Shown in pieces: positions 1 through 10,538 of a DNA stretch of 64,000 nucleotides (the first letter of the stretch is position 1; each line of letters begins with the position of its first letter). Origin of the DNA: Styela clava. Lineage: Eukaryota. The notes below the pieces were generated by a model. The model was given only the letters and a program-made list of their open reading frames with translations. It made no database searches and was not told where the DNA came from. The position numbers and the translations under genes are program-made. Where the stretch lies: assembly GCF_964204865.1 (NCBI RefSeq), contig NC_135263.1, forward strand, positions 13,268,001-13,332,000. Direction: 5' to 3'.

Positions 1-63
1 GCATAAGATTCGTGAAAACTTGAAAAAATGCAGGTTTATTTCAGAAGAAACTACATATTATAC

Positions 64-653
64 CTTGTCATCTTTCAGACAACTTGATCTTTTAGATTCA
101 GAATATATAAACTTGATTTCAAATTCAAATTCAAGTACATGCGATGCAAAATCATCCAAGTATTTCAAAAAATGGCTGGAAATTATGCTGTTAGCAAGGC
201 AAAATTGATCGGTTTTAACCGCTGTTGCTTGTTCTTGGAGTAAGTCGAATAGTTATATAATGAACTAATAAAGATCTAAAGATAATGGTATGTGCGAATT
301 AATTTTTGTCAGGAGAATTTGCATTGGAAATAAGGAATCCTATCTCAGATAACAGTTAACGATTTTATATAACATCCAATGAACCATAATGAAAAAAGTT
401 TTCAATACCAAAATTTTTGCAATATGATATTTATTTTCAACAATGCAATAGGAGAAAAATGGGAAATTAAAACAAAATATGACTCAATATCATCTTTCAT
501 GCTTCTATTTTGAAAAAAAAAGTCTGCATACCAGAATGCATTATTATTGGTTAGCTTTAATGTGGTTATTACAGCCAAGTTGGAATTTCATATACGCAAC
601 TTATCTTCATATCAATTGTAGAGAATTCTACTAGGGACAGCCAAACTTGACAT
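64..653 (-). pseudogene. Possible decayed INPP4-like coding exons downstream of the PH gene
   Basis: AG/GT-bounded 64-275 reads LY*FII*LFDLLQEQ...SKRSSCLKDDK; 653 downward reads MSSLAVPSRILYN*YEDKLRI*. Weak resemblance from memory to INPP4 segments, with in-frame stops. Confidence 0.25.
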
Positions 654-1030
654 CTTTACTATTACCAATATGTTATATAAAAACATAAATATAAAATATT
701 TGCTGAATACTGAACATCAAAATTTGTATAAATCATTGTATATTGACAGATATCAGAAAAAATGATGCAGAAAAAAACTATTGTTTCAACTTTCAGGTAA
801 TCTTTAACAATTACATTTTAATTAAGAAAAAGAATTTTTAATATCGATTTTAACATATCCTAATTATGGGTCTATTTCGCCTATCTATCTGATGTTAAAA
901 TATACTTTTATACACAAGAAACGAATAATTATTTTTGAAATCACAGAATTAAATACCTCAGAATGCATTCCATTACCCGATCCATTTTCAGTATCCCTCA
1001 ATGCAGCTTTTTTAAAGTATTATTGATTAA

Positions 1031-3154
1031 TTATTGGTCTATTTTGAGTACTACCGGTAAGTTGCAGTGTCTAATTGTGCTAAAAAATCCAGGCTGAAAA
1101 TAGAATTAGTCACACAGAGTTCATGCACCATCAAGGTGTTTCAACTTTCTACAGCATGCTTGTTCATTTGCAATACATTACATGTAAGCTCACAGGAGAT
1201 AAAACGACGTTTTTACGGCGATTCTTCACTTTCATTTTCTTTTTCTTAGTTTCTGTACCCACTTCAACATCGGAAAGCGTCATGTTGTAATCCTTAGGAA
1301 TTAATTTCCGTCGTGACAGCATTGGTGAACTCTTGAATCAGTTTTGATGATTTTTATTTCAATAAATATACCAGAGCGAATGAAAATTTGACTGAACACT
1401 AGGAAAGGAAATATAAACTCACATTTGCTGATCTTGTTTCTTTTATGATTGTTTGTGGCATTGATGATGGCGGCTGAAGATTTTGTTGAGAACTCTAGGA
1501 AACATAGAAAAAAAAAGGACTGGAGAATGTTGCAAAAATTCAAGATTCAAGAGCAATGTGACAATTTCGAAACAAAAATAAAAATGTTCATGGTTTTTTA
1601 TAGAATTTTAGTTTGTAAAATTTAGCGACATCATTATTTTATTAAAAAGAGGACATTTTTGATCAATTGAAATTTAGATGAGTCACAAGGTAAATTTCTT
1701 AAACAGCAAACTATCGGACATAAAAAAAAACTTGATAGGTATACAATCTAACCTGATATCTAAAATATGAATATAAACCAAAGGCATATAAACAAAAGTT
1801 GATTGAAAAATAAGGTGAAATTCACAAAAGTAGTCAAGTAAATCAAGATAATACCATACATATCATACCTCTCCCAACATATTTTGTTGTTTCATTAACA
1901 TTTCATATTTTTCCTTCAGTTTTGTATAATTGGCATCTTCTAATGCCTTTATCCATTGTTTCGCTTCCGCTGGTTCACTTGCAAGAAAGTAAGTACTTCT
2001 ATTATCTCCATCAAATTCTGAAAACAATTCAAGGTTGACGAAGAGTTTAAAAAATAGAACTATAAAAAGGGGATTTCAAATAATATACAAAATTTTATTT
2101 CATTTACCCAAAATAAAGGCACATTCTTGTGTTGAATCTGACACTGGCCTGACATGTGATCCTTCTAATACAAATACACCATGAGGATCCGAGCCCTAGT
2201 TATGAAAAAACACAACATTTTGATTATTGTTAGTTTTACCATATAAAAAGTAATCATAGTCTTAAACAGTTGCTTTACTGTTATGAATAATTTTGTTTGT
2301 GATAAAAAATTAAAGAAATGTCAAAGCAGTAAAATTTGGAAAGAAATGAATTTTTTACCAAGTCGATTTCTAACTTTTAATTCAAACGATCGCTTGATTT
2401 TTCAAAATTAGCTATTAATTTAATTTCAAAGCAGAATTATTTAATATCGCCTATATATCTTATATACCTAGTATCCAGCAAACTAGAAGTCAAGCGAGAA
2501 GCGACACATTAGCATATTCACAAAGTATATTTGGCATCATTATGCTGAATAGTATGTTTTCTTACTGAGATTTAACCAGAGTAAGGCCAATGCACTCACT
2601 CAGAAGATATGTGTTCATGTTATGCCGAAGCTGAATCAAAAAGAATCTCACCATATCTTTTGTCTTGAAATAGAAGAATAAATTATCCACCAGTCTGCAC
2701 CAACGTTCTGTCAGAACTAAAATAATAATACAAGAAACTCTCATTAAATATACTGTCATAAAGAAGACTTGTTGGTGGGAGCGTACTAAAACTAGAATTG
2801 ATTTGAGGAAAAGGAAAATGAGAACAAGATAAAAAAAAATTCTCAACATTTTAAATATGTAATGTGGCCCCAATTTTTTGGAATCAATAACTTAAATTAT
2901 TTTTATTCAACATGATCGAATTAAGAATGTGCTAAATATTGCACACTCGAAAACATTATTTTAGAATGTATTCAGAAAGGTGACCCATCTGTCACCGGAT
3001 GTCACCGATTAATACAGCATTATTATGGTTGCTTACCATCAGTTTTGTTCCATAATTTCCCTTCCTTTTCTCTCAAGCTTAGCACCCCTTCTTTAGCGCA
3101 TAACTTTGCCGATGTTATTGCCATTTGCTTTAGTTCACTGGCATTGTAACGCAT
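1031..3154 (-). CDS. PLEKHJ1: PH-domain protein, PLEKHJ1-like / N-terminal PH domain of invertebrate INPP4 type (~230 aa as modelled)
   Basis: Phase-consistent GT-AG exons 3037-3154, 2652-2716, 2108-2195, 1869-2017, 1423-1494, 1194-1331, 1031-1093. Translation MRYNASELKQ...KEGVLSLREK...ERWCRLVDNLFFYFKTKD...DPHGVFVLE...QWIKALEDANY is a PH domain. The last three exons are less certain (weak acceptor at 1332-1333). Confidence 0.7.
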
Positions 3155-3280
3155 TGTTAACTAAATCCAAGAATCTGCTTTGAATAAAACAAAGAGATAA
3201 AATGTGTGTTCATCCAGTCATTACAGCATTACTGATTTGAAATGAAACCGAAACATCAATCACTACAAGTACAGATCAGA

Positions 3281-3637
3281 AGGATTTACATGTTTATTCT
3301 GGGGGAGAGAAAAGTCGATAACACGGTTTATTAATTATATGGCGAACCACGGCCTCTCGTCCCTGCGTCCCGTTTCCAGTCTACGTTGGATATGGGATTA
3401 GTTAGCCAGTTATTTGTTTTCGGAAGAATGAACTCGATGGTGAAGGAAGCCATAGCCGACCAGCTGTTACGTGAACCACCCTACGTCGGAGAGAAGTCCA
3501 GCAATCCTCTCGCACATAACTATCCGTCTATCCTCGCACAGGATTCGAATCTGCAAACCCACTGACCCATGCATAGTAATCAGAGGTGCGGGGGCGAGCG
3601 TGTTCCTAATGCTCAGCACGATGCACCACACCACCAG
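3281..3637 (-). mobile_element. tRNA-derived SINE
   Basis: GC-richer ~355-bp block; on the minus strand an A-box-like TGGTGCATCGTG (3628-3617) and B-box GATTCGAATCC (3551-3541), followed by a non-tRNA body; no cloverleaf. Confidence 0.65.
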
Positions 3638-5118
3638 TAGACTAAGCGAGAAATGACATCCCAACATTGTATAGTTAACATACAGACATAAACAATCTGT
3701 GTGGGATAACACATAAAGTATACCGTCTCTATTAGCTAAGATTTTATTTAATGCCTGAATGTAGACATGTTAGAACTTACATTACAATTTAATTTACAGT
3801 AGCCTACCGTACGGTACCAGCAGTAACGGTACTGTAACCTCCATATCATGGGACGTGGACAACTCGACAAATAGCCTACAAACATCTTCAAATGCTACAC
3901 ACAAATGCACAGGCCAATATCCAGATATCGCCGATAGATTTTAATGCGGCGACCCACCCACCGATGTCTCAAAGAATGATAAGTCTCCGGAGTCTGAATA
4001 GGTATATAAATATCGTCTCACTGTTGCCCCCTAACGACCAAAGAAATAAAAGATAATAACATCGTCTATTTTCTGTAACCGCAGTAAAATTGTACCTTAT
4101 ACTTCATCATTGTGAATTTTGTTTTCGCGTGTTGTCGTTTGCAACCTGGTTTAGTTGTCAAAAATTATCATTTGCTTTAAAAGTGGTCAAGCATAAAAAG
4201 TACTGAAGCAGTTGAACAAATTTTAATAGTTAAGTCACAGTGCTTGTCACGTACACTGCTGGGGAACCACCGCCGCTTTGCCGCTTACCGGTCCCAAATA
4301 TTTTGTTTGATGTTCAGTTCTCTGTCGTCTGAATGGTTTAGTTCGGTTATAAGTTTCTGTCAACTCGAAAGAAATAGGAACAGCTTTTAAATCGATTTAA
4401 AATAAACTGGACGATCTTGGAAAAATAGAAAGTAGAGCGTAGGCCTACTTACTGCTATATTAATGTATTATGATATCCCGCTTGAATCGTAATACCGTAC
4501 GGTACCGGTACCGGTACCACTAAATTCACAATCGCCTGGTTAACATTATAAAGTTATACCGGTAGCCTATGTCACGGGCTACCGGTACCTGTGTCTTTAG
4601 TTTGCTGCTAACTTAGCTTGTCAAATTCTATGTATGTGTTTCTTGGTAACTTTATTTCTTGATCTGTTGATGGAGATAATAGTCTACTGTTATAACCGCA
4701 TTAACAATATTACAAACTAATTGTTCATCGTGCATTCTAGCTCGGGTAAAAGCACATTAATGTGACAAACTACGCCCATCACTCTTTACCAGTGTAGGTC
4801 GGGTATGAATGGCAATAGCTAGTAAACTCTCCAGAATTGATTTTATGCGAGGAACTCTATGAATTATCATCACAGCGAATATATATTTACCTTTGTTTCA
4901 CAACAACAGCTACATAAACATATAACGATGCAATCTCTTATCAGAGATTGTTTCATTGTGAGTGTGGATTTGTGACCTCACACTCGCTATAGCGATTTAA
5001 CCAGTTGTATGTATCATCGAGCTTGTGGTTGCTAGGATATCCATGGTATATGAAAAAAATTTGGTCTTTTCTAATTTAGTGTTCAACTAGTAGCCTATTA
5101 AACAAAAATTCTAGTAAA

Positions 5119-6483
5119 ATGCTCAACGGAGTATTTCTAATTAATTCACTTGGTGATGTATTGGCATGTAAAAACTTATCTGCCGCGAAATATACATGGA
5201 GTCCAAAAATATTTTTTCAACGAGGATTGCAGAAATTTATCAATAAAGTTTTACCACCATGTATAGAAATTGACAACGTATTCTATACCCATGCTTCCAG
5301 CGATGAAATTTTTGTTGTAGCTGTATCTGATTCTGAGGAGATATCTCCTATATTGATGATGATAAGTTTACAGAATTTCATCAAAGAATGTGCTGATTTA
5401 ATTGGAGATATGAAAAGTGAGAATGTACTTTTACACAGTGCTGTTGTATATGAGTTACTTATACAAACATTTGGCTTGTCCCATCCTGACAATATATCAC
5501 AACATGCCATTAATGAGTGCAAGCAAATGGGAAATACTGGATACACAGAGGCTGGTATGTTCCCTTTTATGCCAGAAAACTTATTTGGAGTATCACCTTC
5601 AAAAGAAGAGAAATATATGAAAGAAAGTAGTGCTTCAAAAGCACCTCTAGCATCTCAACAAGAAAAGAAAAATGAAATATTTGTCGATCTGATTGAATAT
5701 CTTATTGCGATAATTGATAAAGATGGTCAAGTTATTCATGCTGATATAAAGGGATCATTGAGCACTAAGAGTTACCTCACAAACACTGTCAGTGTTCAAA
5801 TCGCTTTGCCAGATAAAATCATTGAGGAGAATCCTACAGACACAAGTGATACTGACAAAATATTTATCACAGCGAAGCGTTTCAGATGCAAAAAATCATC
5901 GAAAGAAACACAAAATGAATTTCCACTTGTAAAACACTTGTCAGGCCCTGGTCTTAATCCGATAATGGATTACAATGTTGCATCAGACAACCTTAAACTT
6001 CCATTTACAATGTATCACAACTTTTCAAAGACCAATAAAGGCAGTATGATTGAGTTAGCATTAACCTGCAAAATTTTTTGTGCTCTACCACTTGGAATTT
6101 CTCCGATAAACTGGTCTGCATCATTTCCACTGCCATCAAAACTTATCTCTGTAAGCGGGACATCTTCTCTGAAAAGTATCCATTTTACACAAAGTAAAGA
6201 TAAAAGGACATTGCATATGCAAAGTCCTGTGTTCCCTGCCCAGTCACATCACTCCATCACGTTAATTTTACTATTATCTGAGATTTTGCCATTTATGGTT
6301 TATGAAATGCCTCATTTAAATATTAAATTTGAGGTACCAAATCTTTGTATCTCAAATATGAGGATACAAAGTCTCAAAGTTCAAAATATTAACTCAAACA
6401 CTTCCTCCACTGTTACCAAGTGGGCCAGATGTGTTACACATAGCAATGACTACACATTTGAATTAAAGTATGATTGGATTTAA
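5119..6483 (+). CDS. AP4M1: AP-4 complex subunit mu (adaptor medium chain), intronless CDS, 454 aa
   Basis: Longin-like N-terminus (VFLINSLGDVL), mu-homology start KKNEIFVDLIEYL, FEVPNLCISNMRIQSL, C-terminal KWARCVTHSNDY as in mu4. Acceptor-like ctaatttag ending at 5079 suggests a 5'UTR intron. Confidence 0.85.
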   Translation: MLNGVFLINSLGDVLACKNLSAAKYTWSPKIFFQRGLQKFINKVLPPCIEIDNVFYTHASSDEIFVVAVSDSEEISPILMMISLQNFIKECADLIGDMKSENVLLHSAVVYELLIQTFGLSHPDNISQHAINECKQMGNTGYTEAGMFPFMPENLFGVSPSKEEKYMKESSASKAPLASQQEKKNEIFVDLIEYLIAIIDKDGQVIHADIKGSLSTKSYLTNTVSVQIALPDKIIEENPTDTSDTDKIFITAKRFRCKKSSKETQNEFPLVKHLSGPGLNPIMDYNVASDNLKLPFTMYHNFSKTNKGSMIELALTCKIFCALPLGISPINWSASFPLPSKLISVSGTSSLKSIHFTQSKDKRTLHMQSPVFPAQSHHSITLILLLSEILPFMVYEMPHLNIKFEVPNLCISNMRIQSLKVQNINSNTSSTVTKWARCVTHSNDYTFELKYDWI

Positions 6484-6736
6484 TGTGTCTCTATCACCTT
6501 GTATTATACTATCTTTCATAAAAAAATGCTTATAATATGGCAGGCCATAACCCTTTGTTCAGCATGGGCCGTGCCTAAATTTTCCTCATGGGATTGTTTA
6601 CATGCACAGGCTAATCAGTCAGGTCAGACTAGTAAGTGAACTAGGAGAAAGGACTTGCAGTTAAGTACACAATATCCTAGAACGGTACCGTACCATAATT
6701 ATACACAATCATAAAAATAACGGATTCATATCGAAA

Positions 6737-8747
6737 TTAGACCTTTTTCATACATGCTACGCCGAAATAGTTTGATGGGCACAGGCAGACACATTTTCTA
6801 CCTTGATCCAGTATGACAAATTTCCCACCATTCCTGCAAAATCCAAGACTGCACCGATTGGGATCATAACGATCAAAAAGCTCGGACAATGCTCGTTCTG
6901 TGTTTTTTCTGATATGGCCTGAAGGAACCAGATCAGAAATTGGGGCGAGTTTAAAATCTATAATGGCCGGATTGTGCTTTATGCTGTCAACCCATTGCTG
7001 GTATTTTCCGTGATCTGTGTCCTCCCCAAGGAGCGTCAACACCGCGGCCGCTTTAGAGCTTCCTCCTACAACACTTGATGTCGTTTTAGAAGCCGAGTGC
7101 AAGAAAGTTCGTTCACTAGAGCTCGAGGAACCACTGCCTGCACAATTTTTTGTTGACAAGGATGGTTTTATGCCATAAATTGTCACAGCTGCTTCAGTCG
7201 TTATGCAGCTTTTCTGTTCCTCATCTGTTAGTTTTGTGCGTGAAATCAGACTTTTGGCGTACTGAAATACAACTTTAAATACACCTCCCACAACGCCAGA
7301 GGAGTAATAATGTGTCCCGAAATCACGAATTAAGTCCATGTACTTCGCGTAGTCGTATTCGATAGGCAGTTCTCCAATACGCTGTCGGAATTGTGAAGAC
7401 AACTTCAAGCCCTTGCGATTTATATTGAATTGTCCTATGCGAACTCTACTAGTTAGAATAAAATACTTGTAGTCTGTTTCTATGCTGGATTCAATGATTT
7501 TCTTCCATACGGTCTCCTCCGATTTTGCTGCCTTTGCTCCGTATGTAACGATGTCGTCGTAGGCAAACGAGATTTCCGCAGAAATCTTATACTCGTAATC
7601 TTTGTTCTTTTTCTCATTCAGCTCCATCGTATTTCTGTATGAACTCACCCGCAATGTGGTGTGCACTTCTGCGGAAGAACGGTAGCTTTGGATATTATAT
7701 GGCTTCCTGAATCTTTTTTGAAATTCGCCCAAATACACGGTGTCACACGTTCCACCATACTTGTTATTATCAAGTACGTGGCCCATGCTTTCAGCTTTTA
7801 AAATGTCATACCCGGCTCCGATATTCCCTATATTTGGGATTGATTTGTAGACGACCCCGCCACAAGGATTTCTGGCTGTCGTACAATTACGTTCGTCTGA
7901 TGTATCTTCGCAATCGGCATCTCCGTTGCATTTCAACCAAGATGCGATACAATGACTGTCGCTGTCACATCTCAAGGGCTGTGATTTCGAACACTGCTGG
8001 GTTAGCATGCTGCAATTTCCAGTTATTGTGCAGTTGTAGTCGATCCCCGCGTCACTCCCCTCGCATCTTTGGCCACCATATAGTGAAGGGAAAGCTACTT
8101 TTCGGTACCTTGAACGTAACCCTCCTCCACATTTATCACACGAACTCCATTCACCCCAAGTCCCCCAGCGGCATATCACGGGACAGGGTTTCACAAAACA
8201 GAGGTTTGTTTGTCTGTAAATAGGAAATATCGGGAATTATATTCCATAATATCCGTATCCATAGACATTGCCTATTTCAAAATGAATTAATTCTGCCTTT
8301 CGATCATCGACCATTTTTGTTCGAAAATTCTGAGTCCAAGTTATGTATACTATACTGATTGATTACTGCTTTTGTATAAGATAATTATATATATATATAT
8401 TAATTGAATAATAATATAAATTGTTCTGACTCTAATGATGGACATCTTTGGCCATTGTGTTGATGCATCACCGTTATATTTCTCGTACGGTATGTCAGCC
8501 CTTGTCCGCAAAGTTTACTGCAAGTGGACCAAGGTCCTCACGCCGTCACCTGTGAACAAGAATATCAAAATTGCTATGAGACTAATTCTGCTGTGAAGGC
8601 TTTTCGATTTTGATAATTCTACAAACTAGATATACATTTTGAAGTCATAACTACCTGACAATCTTCATCGTGCTTTCCCCACCATAGATGACCATCAGTC
8701 ACCGCAAAACAAGCCAACATATACACATAACAAAGAAGAATCCTCAT
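6737..8747 (-). CDS. Complement C6-like terminal component (signal peptide-TSP1-TSP1-LDLa-MACPF-EGF), 562 codons with in-frame TGA at codon 35 (nonsense allele, pseudogene or recoded)
   Basis: Exons 8655-8747 (MRILLCYVYMLACFAVTDG...DCQ), 8431-8549 (VTA*GPWSTCSKLCGQG..RTR..CPSL), 6737-8213 (WGTWGEWSSC; CNGDADCEDTSDERNC; MACPF YMDLIRDFGTHYYSSGVVGG; EGF CRNGG...CLCPSNYFGVAC). Phases match. Confidence 0.85.
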
Positions 8748-9010
8748 AACTTAACAAATAGGGAATCACTCAGGCCAGTTATTGTTATATCAAAAAACTG
8801 TATATATACATGCCCTGCGGTCAACATTTTATCGCCCATTGCAACGTTTATCCCACACTGAATGATAACATCTGTCCATTGATGCGTCACGCAATATAAT
8901 GCCACAATACTAAGGCATATCGGAACTGATGCAACAATGTAATACCGGTAGATAGATTTATTGATTTGTCAACCGAAATTATTTGATTGATTGAAAAAAA
9001 TACTGTAAAT

Positions 9011-9075
9011 CAGGGGTGTGCAACATTTCTTATTGGCCGGCCATATAACTTTATACATCCATAGCTGGGCCATGT
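9011..9075. mobile_element. hAT-type MITE 5' end fragment
   Basis: CAGGGGTGTGCAAC...GGCCGGCCATATAA terminus typical of hAT/Charlie MITEs; matching end not identified. Confidence 0.35.
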
Positions 9076-10538
9076 AAAAAAATAGTTTTTCCATGTACAG
9101 AACGAATTATAAAATTCTCACAACTATCGCTTAGCCTTACAGTAAAAAGGCATCGGGCAAAATGACGAAAGGTTTAACGCAGTGACAAGAGCAAAAAAAT
9201 GTATGGATTTTTTTACCCACGTGAGCCACCCAAAAATCGTGATCAACAGAAGCCCATTTTCTCTCTTGCTACGTTGTCGATTTCATTCAGAGTATCATAG
9301 TGTCGACCGTCTATGAAGAATTACAACGGTTCTAAGTTGTTATAGGCGGCGTACGCAAAGTGCGTCAAATCATCGTAATACGATTTTTTTGATTTGTCAC
9401 GGGCGACCTTCGTTTTCTGACCGCAGTTCAAGGTACTAAACAACTTGCCACCGATCGCATTCCGGAGTTGTGTGTATTTCAGACATACAAGATCATATCA
9501 CCAGCTAGCACAGGGCCCAGTTGGTCTGTCACAGCAATAATATGACACAGGTACGGTACATTTTTATATTTGACGGGATAAGAGTCACGCTGGGATACAA
9601 TCATGCGTACCCCACGGCGTGGTTAGTCGCGTGATACTGCGAGACACCGCCCTAATTTGAAAACTAGACCTGCTTTCTTTACCCAAAGGCAAATCTCTTC
9701 CACTTGCATAGTTAAAGATGGAAGTTGAACACTCAAAGTTAAGTAAAATCATTTATTCTTAGTGATGCTAAAAAGCTTTCCATGAAGATTAGGGAAGCCA
9801 TAAAATTACAACGAAACATTCGAAAAGCAACTAAAATAACAAGAACGTAGAATTTGGTAAACAGGAATGTAGGTGCAGAAACAAATACCAAGGAGAAAAA
9901 TCCAAGGGACAAGAGGAAGTGTTCATAAGTCCAGTCAGTACACAACGAATTAGACGAAAAACATGGTTTATTTTGACAAGACCAAAACAGAACTCTTTTC
10001 TTCAAAGGCGAAAAGGGCCAAAGAACTTCGAAACAATTTGAAGAACAAGTGTTGCGGATTTTGAGAACTTTTACATATAGACATGATTTGTTTTTGTTTC
10101 AAGTTATTCACATAATTTCAGATTTTTTTTTGCTTTTTGAAACGCTGTTGAAACCAACGCCCTACTGCTAGAAAACAGCTGGTTATATAAAACTTAGTAA
10201 AATTTGTTTAAAAACTTAAAAAAAAAATTGAAGTGGCAGTGATAAGAATTGTGGAAAAGTAGTCCCAGACAGACCAATAAATTATCTACCATTATAAAAT
10301 TATGTAGCATTAGTGAAATAGCACGTAGCACAAAGACACTTTTAGGGAGCATTACTGGGCTAACAGCCATTTCGTTTTTATCCGAGCACTACTTTTATGT
10401 ACATTTGACGTTTGATTTGGGATCCTACATAGTCCTCGCATGGCGTAAAACTTTACCCAAGGACTTTGACCTGCTTGAAAAACTAGATTTCCATGGAAAA
10501 TTGTTTTCCATTTTCCAAAACCAGCCTCTTCACGACCA

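Noticed and set aside
3541-3637. Functional tRNA gene
   Set aside because: A/B boxes are present but there is no acceptor stem or cloverleaf; it continues into a SINE body.
6484-6736. SECIS element explaining the C6-like TGA as selenocysteine
   Set aside because: No convincing ATGA...AA...GA stem-loop seen by eye, and the position is a conserved Trp, not Cys.
7834-8223. 129-aa plus-strand ORF and other short ORFs overlapping real genes
   Set aside because: Antisense shadows of coding exons with no recognisable motifs.
8538-8540. Genome-wide reassignment of TGA to Trp
   Set aside because: TGA is the true stop of cyclin A, SRD5A3, FTSJ1 and the GPCR in this window, and conserved Trp residues in these genes use TGG.
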